Assembly (NCBI GenBank): GCA_965235115.1
Contig: OZ249451.1
Location: forward strand, 10,044,001 to 10,108,000
Direction: 5' to 3'
From: Laetmonice hystrix
Taxonomy: Eukaryota
DNA: 64,000 bases
The position numbers were made by a program, and so were the translations under genes. Position 1 is the stretch's first letter. Each line of letters opens with the position of its first letter. The notes under the pieces were generated by a model. That model was not told the origin of the DNA, did not search any database, and worked only from the letters and a program-made list of their open reading frames with translations. This document shows positions 1 to 11,702 of this stretch, one piece after another.

Positions 1-968
1 TTAATGTAAAACATGTCAAACGCTTAATATGTCCACAAAAGGAGAAATTGGGGAGGTTCTATTGATTATCTGTATGGGAATCCTTCAAACTTTCCATACA
101 AGTGAAACATCCTACACATCATGGTACTGGCTCTATATCCTGGAGGTAAATCTGCAGGTGATAAATTCACTAGAGTCCAAGTACATTAAGCTGAAGTGTT
201 TTTGATCATGAGGGCTGGGGGGGGGGGGGTCCTTCCATTAATGTAATGATCTAATTTCATTCTTTTAGATTTTATTTTAATCAGGTACTTAACACAGCGG
301 GTATAAACTCAAAATTCACATAGGTCTACGTTTTGTTTCAGTCGCTGCAAGTAGTATTCTCTAGTGGATGTGAAAGTTAACCAGATAAGATTAAATGACT
401 TGTGTCTATAATGTCTATTACTGTGGAAGTGAATGTTAACAAGGATGGTCCTGGTGCCGGCGACCTTTCGACGCTAGTTCATCATTTCAAAGATGAGTTG
501 TTTTTCGGCGTTGCTACTCAACCACAATAGAACGCATTCAAGATTATCGTGATGTTTTTGTTGTTTGCACCGTCTAAAACTTCAACTCGCTGGTAATGTT
601 TGCTAAGAATAACTCAAGATCTATGTTACGGTCGAAGTGATGCGCAGTATGGGATCACACGGCCATACTCCGCTGGAGGGGAAAGATCTGCAGTCAATCA
701 ATAAGGCCCCTGCCTCTGGGTAAGTGTTGTGCTTTTCAAACGCTTCAAGGGGTGTGAAGGGAGGTAAGGGGCGGTCAGTCATTTGAAAATGTCTCCCGAC
801 GATAATAGAACCATCTTTGATGACTAGTTTCATTTTCAAGATGGTGAACTCAAATAATCCAAAGTGGCTCGATCCCTCCGTTCTAAACATGAGAAATGAT
901 CATACCTTTTTCGCCAGTTGCGATTTTTGTTCAATCGATGACCTCCAACGAATACCATTGGTGGATAG

Positions 969-1213
969 GTGCAATGACAAAAGGAAGCAAGTCCAACTTT
1001 CATCAAAGTCGACTTAAGTGTAAATTTGGATTCAGAGAAGTAAGTCCTATCTATCAGTGGGTGTATTTCTGCTAAACATCCTTCTATGAAGCTATCAGTC
1101 ACATGACAGAAGGAAGCCTGTCCATCCAACTGCACTGTAGAGACAACTTGTTTAGGCCTATGTCCATTTCTCGAAACTTGAACTTTTGGACTTGCTTCCT
1201 TTTGTCATTTCAC
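969..1213. other. 24-bp perfect inverted repeat pair (973-996 / 1186-1209) around a 189-bp spacer
   Basis: aatgacaaaaggaagcaagtccaa at 973-996; its exact reverse complement ttggacttgcttccttttgtcatt at 1186-1209; extends a few more bp with one mismatch; no clear TSD. Confidence 0.8.
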
Positions 1214-1283
1214 GGCAGAGGTGTGGCCTATAGCTCTGTGTTACTGAAGGTAACTGGGTCTAAATACTTTCATTTCCACTCAG

Positions 1284-1545
1284 GCGTTTTGAAAAATTCT
1301 CGAAAGTTTTGGAAATTAAGCCGGACATTTCCAGTAGGGAACGGCTCATCTTTGAGCTCGTGCTTATCAGCTCGAAGAGGCCAAAACAGGGGGTTGGCAC
1401 AGGAGCGACACCTAGTGCTAAACGAGCACACTGCAATCGTACGTTCTCCCATGCGGCCATGCGGCCTGGCGGCCATGTGGTGAAACGCGCGAAGGACCTG
1501 AGGCAATCCAAGTCCGGCATGGACATGAAAGATTATTTGTCCTAG
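1284..1545 (+). CDS. Candidate terminal coding exon or decayed ORF end, product unknown
   Basis: Acceptor-like tttcatttccactcag ending at 1283, then an open frame (RFEKFSKVLEIKPDISSRERLIFELVLISSKRPKQ...KRAKDLRQSKSGMDMKDYLS*) ending in TAG at 1545. The opposite strand is also open here. No family recognised. Confidence 0.3.
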
Positions 1546-1625
1546 AGTAAATCTATAATATATAATAACAAATCAGTCGGAATCCTAATGGTAAAAAGGG
1601 TCTGAAGTATACAACGGGGAATGGC

Positions 1626-1680
1626 CACTGTTGCGGATCTAGGGGGTACGTGCCCCCCAGGACCCCTGGATACGCGCCTG
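1626..1680. mobile_element. Minimal palindromic MITE of the CA..GGCGGATCC-TIR family
   Basis: cactgttgcggatctaggggg...cccctggatacgcgcctg; degenerate terminal inverted repeats match the copies at 13623, 14648 and 54321. Confidence 0.55.
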
Positions 1681-2800
1681 ATCCGAGTACCTTACACTAC
1701 AATTGCTTCTGAAATTTTGGTCATTTGACACCTAGAACATCTCTAATTTATGTATGCATACAATATTTTTTAAGAAAAGGTCCATGCATTTTCAAGCGGA
1801 CCATGCCAAGTGAGTCAGGGTCAGTCAGTCTGGGGGGTCATTCGGGGTGTATGTGGGGGCAGTCGGGGTGTGGGGGTGAATCAGGGGGTTGAGTTGGGAG
1901 GGTGGGGTGAGTCGGGGAGCTCAGTTGGGGTTCCCTCGACAGACCCTCACAATTCGCCCCAGGACTCGGTCCCTCCTGTCCTCCCCGAATTCTACATTAT
2001 AGTATAATCCCTGCCTGTTATAATCCACAAGGCCTGCTCACATGCACACAACTCTGACTGACATACCGTTTCCCTGGCACAGGATCGGTTTGGGTGATTC
2101 CGCTGGATGGCATCGGGAACGCAAAAATACCACCCGACATTGTCTGAGCGATACGGGCAGAACTAGGATTATATTCACAATACAATGTACATAAAAACAA
2201 AAATTGCTCAAAAAACCAACTTTGTAATAATTACAAAAGCAAGGAAGAAATTCAATAAAAATTCACTTCTACCTGACTGACTCCCCCTCACCCTGACTGA
2301 CTCCTCCCCTACTGTCTGACGGGGGTACCAGTCCGATTGACTCTACTAACCAGTGTAGCTCAAGTGCTACATTTTCTGTAGCAAGGTCAAGTAGGTCAAA
2401 TTCGAAACCAAATCGTTGTAGTGATTAATTGTACCCAAAGCAACATTTTTACAAATGGAAATAATTTTCACTGTAATGTAAAAAGGGTGTGTGCTTAATA
2501 GAGGGTTATCATCGCTACACCCCCCGCCTTATTTTTTTTAATTGACACACTGGACAAACGAAAGCACAGGTAGTTTTTTTTAATCTCCCATCCTGAACAC
2601 CTGCTTCCCCCCACACAAACATTTGACCAGTCCTGAGTGAGGAGGCCAGGGTCATGGATCCAGCTGCTGGTATCGATTAACCAGTCTCGAGAGAGTTATT
2701 AATTCAGGTCCAGACAACTATTTAGGTTGCAGCAAACGCCGTTCTTTTGGCTATGGACAGGTAGCTGAGATATCGTGTCTGATTACTGCATTGTTCCTAT

Positions 2801-3377
2801 AGGCCGTGGGCGCCACAGTCCCTGACAAACTAATGCCAGGCCGTGGGCGCCACAGTCCCTGATAAACTAATGCCAGGCCGTGGTCGCCACAGTCCCTGAC
2901 AAACTAATGCCAGGCCGTGGTCGCCACAGTCCCTGACAAACTAATGCCAGGCCGTGGGCGCCACAGTCCCTGACAAACTAATGCCAGGCCGTGAGCGCCA
3001 CAGTCCCTGACAAACTAATGCCAGGCCGTGGTCACCACAGTCCCTGACAAACTAATGCCAGGCCGTGGTCGCCACAGTCCCTGACAAACTAATGCCAGGC
3101 CGTGGGCGCCACAGTCCCTGACAAACTAATGCCAGGCCGTGGTCGCCACAGTCGCTGACAAACTAATGCCAGGCCGTGAGCGCCACAGTCCCTGACAAAC
3201 TAATGCCAGGCCGTGGGCGCCACAGTCCCTGACAAACTAATGCCAGGCCGTGGTCGCCACAGTCCCTGACAAACTAATGCCAGGCCGTGGTCGCCACAGT
3301 CCCTGACAAACTAATGCCAGGCCGTGGTCGCCACAGTCCCTGACAAACTTATGCCAGGCCGTGGGCGCCACAGTCCC
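2801..3377. repeat. 37-bp minisatellite, ~15.5 copies
   Basis: Unit aggccgtgg(g/t)cgccacagtccctgacaaactaatgcc, near-identical copies. Confidence 0.97.
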
Positions 3378-3706
3378 CGACAGTGACACAACTTATGCAA
3401 CTTATAACTTCGGACTCTAAATCATGCCAGACTCTGATAGCTTCGAACCATTGCAGTCCATAGAAACCTAATGGTAGGCTCTGATAATTATACTAATCTA
3501 ATGCCAGATTGTGATCATTGCACAACCCCACAAAGTCTGGCTCGAAACACTACAAACCCTCCAAATCTAGCTGTCCTCTATAACGTACACGTAGCTGCCC
3601 GCCCCACACACACACCATATGGTAATGACATTTCCCACGTAAATCTATTTGGTAAAGTTCAGGGAGGTTTTTCTTCTTTTATCTTCCGGAAAGAAGAACA
3701 GCGTAA

Positions 3707-3841
3707 NNNNNNNNNNNNNNNNNNNNNNNNNNNNNNNNNNNNNNNNNNNNNNNNNNNNNNNNNNNNNNNNNNNNNNNNNNNNNNNNNNNNNNNNNNNNNN
3801 NNNNNNNNNNNNNNNNNNNNNNNNNNNNNNNNNNNNNNNNN
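3707..3841. other. Assembly gap (135 N)
   Basis: Run of n. Confidence 1.
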
Positions 3842-3842
3842 T

Positions 3843-4900
3843 AACAAGAACCAGCTAGGAGTTGGCAACAACGCTAACCAAGTCAAGTGAGTCACGGTAT
3901 GCTGACACAGAGAGTAGCTTGTCCACCAGACCACTGGAGGGGCATGTTGAGTGGTAGGAAGTCTGGGGAGGGGGAGGAGGAGGAGAATGAGGAGGGGAGG
4001 GGGTACAGTAAGCGTTACCATGACAACCCATCATTGACCGGCCTTTAGCAAACCCTACCACGGTCCGTACTGTCCTCCAGGGTAGAATGGTGGAACAGAA
4101 GGTGACATAGAGGCCGGGAGGCTTACCGAGCTCCGCCCGGATAGACCTAAGAAAAATATCATCACATCGGATTACAACTGGAGGCCAAGTATTCATGATG
4201 CATTGTACGTAAACACGACGGCGGCGGATTACGGGCCGTAGAAACTATATCTGTCACTGAACGACTGTAGTCGGCCTTGGATGCCGGGTAATACCGGGTC
4301 GAACCCTGCCCGGCCCGGCCCCCTCTCTCTGCCCGTCTCCCCCGGAGGTCGCCGGGTCACAGCCCGTCGCCGAGCACGAGTCGGCTTGCCGTGCTGGGAT
4401 TACGTAGGAGGGCATGTATACAGCAATATGCAATAAAAACAACAGCAGCGGAAAGTTTGTAGTTCATCCCGTACGCTGTTCTTGGCAAGCCTGGAGCCGG
4501 CCTGGGGATTTCGTTAGTGCCTCCGGGAGCAGCCAAGGAGGCCGCAGTATCAGTGCCGTGGATTACCATCGCTGATCACTGCTGCTGCTGGTGCTAGTGG
4601 TGGCAAGGTGGAGCAGAGCGAGACAGATGCAGGCCTGGTGAGGGTACTTGGGGAGGCTGAAGCCATGTTTGGCCGGCCTAAAAACATGGAGACCGGCTCG
4701 CTGAAGCGTGACAGGATGCCTCCAAAGATGTGGAGTTCCGATCTCATATGGCAGGTGTATCTTCAGCATCCACATCGCCATAGCAACACCATCCATGCCT
4801 CGCAGTGGAGGCGGAGCAGAGACAGCGGGAGTTTCCAGGTGGCAAGCACAGGTATTTGGCATTTTTATCTCCTGTTCGGTTGGCATATGTACTAAATATG
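3843..4900 (+). mobile_element. Decayed non-LTR retrotransposon fragment (APE-type endonuclease-like region plus linker)
   Basis: Frame from 4047 reads ...GPYCPPG*...KKNIITSDYNWRP...LSLNDCSRP..., resembling in order the LINE endonuclease motifs YxPP, IIxGDFN and LNDGSPT; interrupted by stops. Motif resemblance by eye only. Confidence 0.35.
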
Positions 4901-5001
4901 TTCGCCTGACATGAACATTGATTGAACATCCGGATGAACGAAACTTACGGTTGAATGAACAGCAACCTTTTATCATGCACCCACTTACCGATCTTTTATG
5001 T

Positions 5002-5356
5002 CAGGGTGTGAATTGGTACATTGGTTTGAATTTTCCAGGAGTATATCTGAGGTTGTGAGAAGTATATCTCAGGGTATGAAATTGTACATTGGTTTGAATT
5101 TTCCCGAAGTATCAGAAGTATATCTCAGGGTGTGAAATGGTACATTGGTTTGAATTTTCCACAAGTATGTCTCAGGGTGTGAAATGGTACATTGGTTTGA
5201 ATTTTCCAGAAGTATGTCTCAGGGTGTGAAATGGTACATTGGTTTGAATTTTCCAGAAGTATATCTCAGGGTGTGAGTTGGTATATTGGTTTGAATTTTC
5301 CAGAAGTATATCTCAGGGTGTGAAATGGTACATTGGTTTGAATTTTCCAGAAGTAT
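5002..5356. repeat. 47-bp minisatellite, ~7 copies
   Basis: Unit cagggtgtgaaatggtacattggtttgaattttccagaagtatatct with small partial duplications. Confidence 0.93.
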
Positions 5357-5677
5357 GGCCAGCTTAGATTGCCTTTTGGTATCACTGTATGGTTATCTCA
5401 AAGGTGAGAAAATTTTGCGAAGACGTTACCTACTGGCCAGTGTTATAGAACATGTTGCCGTACCCAGGGAAGTTTTAGAATTATTGGTCTCCGTTTTTAT
5501 GAATTCTTGTGAGGGTTTATATTACAAGAACCAAGAAGGACGCTATAGAAAGATATCTTCAGTCTCCTCGCTAGAATCTGATTCTGGCTGGTCATTGGTT
5601 GTTTGCGTGAGTAAATTGGAGGGGGATGGTGTCCATACCCGGTAATCAATATGGTCGGGGATAGGATCAGTCAGAAT

Positions 5678-5860
5678 GGGATATGGGAATGGAACCATAG
5701 AATATTGGATTTGTTTTTAGGCAGTCAGGTGTCGTATCTATGGGATATGGGAATGGAACCATAGAATATTGGCTTTGTTTTCAGGAAGTCAGGTGTCGTA
5801 TCTATGGGATATGGGAACCATAGAATATAGGATTTGTTTTCAGGCAGTCAGGTGTCGTAT
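5678..5860. repeat. ~64-bp tandem repeat, 3 copies
   Basis: Unit gggatatgggaatggaaccatagaatattggatttgtttttaggcagtcaggtgtcgtatctat; third copy lacks 5 bp. Confidence 0.9.
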
Positions 5861-6232
5861 TCATGTTGTGACTTGACCACAGACTCGGCGACGAAGCTGA
5901 CCACATTGACCAGGTTATCGTACTACAGGTCTACATGTACTACTACGTACTACATGTCAAAACTATAGTTAGACCCTGCCACACTATAGGCACATCCCGT
6001 GCGTTCCTCCACGTAGCCTATGCCTGCTTGTCAACCCTCTGCCCCTTTCCCTTCCCCAGCCCACCATTTAAAACATTTACCCCCTGTTAAAAACCTTCAG
6101 TTCGCCACCCCAGCCAGCGGATGCTGGTGTCATGTAGGCCGACCGTGGCCACTCAACCGAGTCGGCCACCTTCTCCATGTGGTGTTGTCATGTTTCCTCC
6201 ATGTAGTTCGAGATGTCCCAGACACTAGATAC

Positions 6233-7672
6233 CCCCTGCCTTCCTCCTGTCACCCTGCCTTCCTCCTGTCACCCTGCCTTCCTCCTGTCACCCTGCCTTC
6301 CTCCTGTCACCCTGCCTTCCTCCTGTCACCCTGCCTTCCTCCTGTCACCCTGCCTTCCTCCTGTCACCCTGCCTTCCTCCTGTCACCCTGCCTTCCTCCT
6401 GTCACCCTGCCTTCCTCCTGTCACCCTGCCTTCCTCCAGCCACCCTGCCTTCCTCCAGTCACCCTTCCTTCCTCCAGTCACCCTGCCTTCCTCCTGTCAC
6501 CCTCCATTCCTCCTGTCACCCTGCCTTCCTCCAGCCACCCTGACTTCCTCCTGTCACCCTGCCTTCCTCCTGTCACCTTGCCTTCCTCCAGTCACCCTGC
6601 CTTCCTCCTGTCACCCTGCCTTCCTCCTGTCACCCTGCCTTCCTCGTGTCACCTTGCCTTCCTCCAGCCACCCTGACTTCCTCCAGCCACCCTCGCTTCC
6701 TCCAGTCACCCTGCCTTCCTCCTGTCACCCTGCATTCCTCCTGTCACCCTGCCTTCCTCCTGTCACCCTGCCTTCCTCCTGTCACCCTGCCTTTCTCCTG
6801 TCACCCTGCCTTCCTCCTGTCACCCTGCCTTCCTCCTGTCACCCTGCCTTCCTCCTGTCACCCTGCCTTCTTCCTGCTACCCTGCCTTCCTCCTGTCACC
6901 CTGCCTTCCTCCTGTCACCCTGCCTTCCTCCTGTCACCCTGCCTTCCTCCTGTCACCCTGCCTTCCTCCTGTCACCCTGCCTTCCTCCTGTCACTCTGCC
7001 TTCTTCCTGCTACCCTGCCTTCCTCCTGTCACCCTGCCTTCCTCCTGTCACCCTGCCTTCCTCCAGTCACCCTCTCTTCCTCCAGTCACCCTGCCTTCCT
7101 CCTGTCGACCTCCATTCCTCCAGCCACCCTGCCTTCCTCCTGTCACCCTGCCTTCCTCCTGTCACCCTGCCTTCCTCCTGTTACCCTCCATTCCTCCTGT
7201 CACCCTCCATTCCTCCTGTCACCCTCCATTCCTCCAGCCACCCTGCCTTCCTCCTGTCACCCTCCCTTCCTCCCGCCACCCTCCATTCCTCCTGTCACCC
7301 TGCCTTCATCCTGTCACCCTCCCTTCCTCCTGTAACCCTCCCTTCCTCCTGTCACCCTCCATTCCCCCAGTCACCCTCCATTCCTCCTGTCACCCTCCCT
7401 TCCTCCTGTCACCCTCCCTTCCTCCAGCCACCCTCCATTCCTCCAGTCACCCTCCCTTCATTCTATCACCCTCCATTCCTCCAGTCACCCTCCATTCCTC
7501 CTGTCACCCGCCCTTCCTCCTGTCACATGCCTTCCTCCATCCACCCTCCATTCCTCCAGTCACCCTCCCTTCCTTCTATCACCCTCCATTCCTCCAGTCA
7601 CCCGCCCTTCCTCCTGTCACCCTCCCTTCCTCCAGCCACCCTCCATTCCTCCAGTCACCCTCCCTTCCTCCC
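6233..7672. repeat. 19-bp pyrimidine-rich minisatellite, ~75 copies
   Basis: Unit accctgccttcctcctgtc. The 19-aa period PCLPPVTLPSSCHPAFLLS in the ORF track equals three units. Confidence 0.97.
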
Positions 7673-9024
7673 GCCTTGGCCTTGACATGTTAATGACCAC
7701 GTGTTGAGCACACTCACACTCGGTAATCTACGAGCACGTCAGGCATGCCGGACCCCTGGCCGTACCGTAAGGAGATACGGCAGAGTTTTACCGGGAGGTG
7801 TTGGGGGAGATAGAAGGGGGAGGATATGACGGGCGGGGGGGGGGGGGTGTGCTGGGGGATGGGCAGAGTATCATTAGGTGATACGGTGGGAGTTGAGGCG
7901 TGAGACGATAAGGTAGGAAATGATAGAGAGGGAGTTAATCAATATGATCAGTTACACATCAGGAATGGTTCCCTACCGAGAGATCTAGCACCCAGCAGGC
8001 GATCTTCATTAACAGAGTGAACAGGTTGGCACAAACGAGGGCGTTGCTATGACATAATGACGCTGATTAACAGGGGGGTTTAAATCAATAATTAAAAAAA
8101 AAAACTTTTAAATAGTTCACGATACAAGAGTGCCCCGTCAGGCTTGTCACTTACCAAACGTATAACTAGGACTCTCCGAAAGTGCCTGTTTAGGACCCTT
8201 TTGTATTTACAAAATGTCTGAATATGTGCAAATCTATAGTTTTGAGAGTATGCCTAACTGGGGCTGTCATTTAATTAGATCCAGGATTATGTTGTTATTG
8301 AGGCCCTTTTTACTATGATGCAATATCTTGGGGATGACACTATTGATATTAATATATTGGTATATCTTGTTTTTCTGTATAGGCATAATTTGTTATTGTC
8401 AATTTGTGATGATGACAACGCAGAGATGAGAAATTATTGGAGTCCCTTCCGTATTATCCAATAGAGGGCGCTGTACAAAACCACTCCCAGTATAACACCA
8501 AATACCTAGTGAGCACATAATAAGGTCTGGCATATAATGTTCAACGCTTACCTACTCAGTCCGTGAACAGCATGATGATGTATTTAAGTTATATTATCAA
8601 GGATCATCCTAGGCTGGCATGAAAACAATTTTTTTTATATAATTTTCGCACAAGTTTCTCAGATACCTTTTTTTGCCTTTCTTTTTTTCGGAGAAATTAT
8701 TATTGTTGTTCAGCTGACTTTAGGTTGTGAATAATTGGTATTTACCGAAGGGTATCCCGGGCCTACTTATCTCGGAACCATGGACCACATTGGTTTACAT
8801 ACAAATAACGGTAAATGTCACTGAGTTTGGACGCCACAAACTGCAGCGCCTGGGAGCACAGGAGGGATGAGAGCAGTCAACACGGACAAAAACGGACAAA
8901 TGAGCATTCATATTATGTGGCAGACATGGGGTACATTCACTTATACACCCACTCACCTACAGTTTTACACAGACAACGTGGAAATAAGCGGCAAAATTAA
9001 TGATGACGTTACATACCCTCTATC

Positions 9025-9112
9025 ACAAGGTTCCACGCCCTTTCTTATGAGGGTTCGCGCCCTCTGTTATGAGGTTCTACCCCCTTTCGTATGAGGGTTC
9101 GCGCCCTCTTTA
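9025..9112. repeat. Diverged ~22-bp tandem repeat, ~4 units, with small hairpins
   Basis: tatgagggttcgcgccctct occurs twice, alternating with tatgaggttctaccccct-type variants. Confidence 0.6.
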
Positions 9113-11198
9113 TAAGTTTAATAGTTTCATGAAGTTTCTATTGAACCTCGTTAAGAAAGTTAAGCGCATTAATGGTCTGTTGATTATGGGCACCATGCAT
9201 AATAGGCTACATATTCAAAGTCACGTGAGTCAAAGTCATTGTAGGCCTATACCTACATAGTATTTCTCGTGCATGACCCCGCCCAAAGCCAAGCCAATTT
9301 TAGACCTAATCAACTTTAGACCAACCATAATAGAATTTCCTTGTTGAAATTGATTTCAAGCTAAGTTTGTCTGGTGTGTCTGGACCCAGACGTGATGCCT
9401 CGCCAGCTAGCGGTGTCTGGTAGGCTCTGACAGTGTTTACACGATCGAGGTACACCCTCTTGGGGAGACTGAAGGTCGTAGAAAGATTAACCACAGGATA
9501 TGTAAGACAGGAACAGGGCGTATACTTCAGCAAACCACGTCAGGATTCTGATGGCCACGTGATACTGTCCCTGTGAACAGCTCCTCGGATAGTCCATGGA
9601 AACGATACAGTGACAGCTTAAATTCAAATTGAAAATAGGTCGGGACTTTTGGAAAATGGACTGGAGAATGACGTTGGAAAGGAGAGTTCCCACTGATGAT
9701 GTTATGGGAGCGGGATGACATATTCGACCCAGGCCTGACCTCCCGGCAGCTGTCGTCCATGGCTACCGTTGCCCTGGGAGACCTCGGGTTTAGTCTCGTT
9801 GGTCTGACCAACACGTGGTTCTGTCAGATGTCAACAGCTGCACAGGCTCACATTTCCCGTTCCCTAGCGGTCGAAAAGAAATGTTCTGAAAGCAACATCA
9901 CCTAGTTCTGTACAGTAGCAAGAGTATGCTACATCTCAGATCTCAGAGTGTCCCTCCATTGATACCCCAGAAAGAGTTTTAATGGCTGTCTGTGGACAGT
10001 TCGGGTAAATTGATTGTTTTCTGGTGTGACTGAGTGCCATTTGATTTAGATATAAATGACTAGTTTTGTTAGAGATTTTCCAACCACGTTAGTTTCATTG
10101 AGCTGTTTACAATTTTAAGACGTATATGGCTGCAGGTACTGATGATTCTATCACGTGCCAAAGCACGCTTAGGAGTTGTAGATTCTGGGTTATTGACTAC
10201 GAATAATAGGGGAGAACTTTTCTGGACAAACCAATGGTGGGCTTTTCAATCTAGAGTCTCAATGAATCGGTATGGACCGATTTAACTTTCTTGGGATATT
10301 CCCTAAACATCTCGTTCAGTGCGCATGGCTTTTTACTTTGAGGGATAGTGTATCGACTTTAGGGATTCAGTGAACGGTAGAGACGTTATTCTCGTTTTTC
10401 TAAGAGCCCTTTATCTAAAATGATAAAGGCAGTAGATCTAGACTCATGGCATTTTTAAACATCAGCCATTTGTAAACATTATAGATGAAGAAATCTGTCG
10501 GTCGCACACACATCCACTCATGTCAGGCAACAAGCATGGCTCGATTTGCCAGGCAGGGACCTGGTACATGTCTACCCTTGTCACGTACAAGGCCTGACAT
10601 CTCAGAGCATCCTGGAAGTTTAAAATATCGTGTTGCATTGTGGGAGCTGACCTCCTAAAGACCCGGATGTGGCTGTCGGCTGCTGGTACTCTTTACCGTA
10701 TTGTCACCTTCTACTCAACAAACCTTGTCTGACAAGTTAGAGAGTTTATAATAAATAAAATTCGTAGAATATATCGAAAGATACAAGGTGTTTATATATA
10801 ACTTTCTAGATCAGAAAATCCAAATAGGCCTAAATTTAATTCATTCTAAACAATTGATATACATCTTGACATGTTGTGAAGTGAGGGGTGTTAAGATGAA
10901 TGAATACTGTATTTTCCATTCAGAGTCTATCCTAAATATGATAATCTATAGACGCCAAACGTGTAGATGACTTCCCAGATTTATCTCATCATGTCTTGGT
11001 TGATGGAACACAAATCCTGGCTAGGTAGGTGTCGGTCAAACTGTACTTCCGGTGATTACCTGGAGTATATTTCATTGGTTGTGTGCAGGTATAAACAACG
11101 TTTGTAAGGTATCCCAACAAAAAGCGATGTCATATTTACTCGGTTGTAGATTCTATCGTCAGGAATCATATCGGTGTGTCGGATTACAAGGGATATAT

Positions 11199-11702
11199 CA
11201 GAAGGTGTACTGTTTGGGTGACCACGTTTACAAAGCTCAGAAGGTGTAGGCCTACTGTTTGGGTGACCACGTTTACAAAGCTCAGAAGGTGTAGGCCTAC
11301 TGTTTGGGTGACCACGTTTACAAAGCTCAGAAGGTGTACTGTTTGGGTGACCACGTTTACAAAGCTCAGAAGGTGTACTGTTTGGGTGACCACGTTTACA
11401 AAGCTCAGAAGGTGTAGGCCTACTGTTTGGGTGACCACGTTTACAAAGCTCAGAAGGTGTACTGTTTGGGTGACCACGTTTACAAAGCTCAGAAGGTGTA
11501 GGCCTACTGTTTGGGTGACCACGTTTACAAAGCTCAGAAGGTGTAGGCCTACTGTTTGGGTGACCACGTTTACAAAGCTCAGAAGGTGTACTGTTTGGGT
11601 GACCACGTTTACAAAGCTCAGAAGGTGTAGGCCTACTGTTTGGGTGACCACGTTTACAAAGCTCAGAAGGTATACTGTTTGGGTGACCACGTTTACAAAG
11701 CT
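11199..11702. repeat. 39/45-bp two-allele minisatellite, 12 units
   Basis: Unit cagaaggtgta[ggccta]ctgtttgggtgaccacgtttacaaagct; order S L L S S L S L L S L S (6x39 + 6x45 = 504 bp). Confidence 0.97.

Noticed and set aside
2801-3377. CRISPR-like appearance of 32-40-bp arrays (also 32739, 61640)
   Set aside because: Units are contiguous with no unique spacers, there are no cas genes, and the context is spliceosomal-intron eukaryotic DNA.
6020-7685. Long ORFs of 218-490 aa
   Set aside because: By-product of the stop-free 19-bp repeat; open in several frames with no unique coding flanks.
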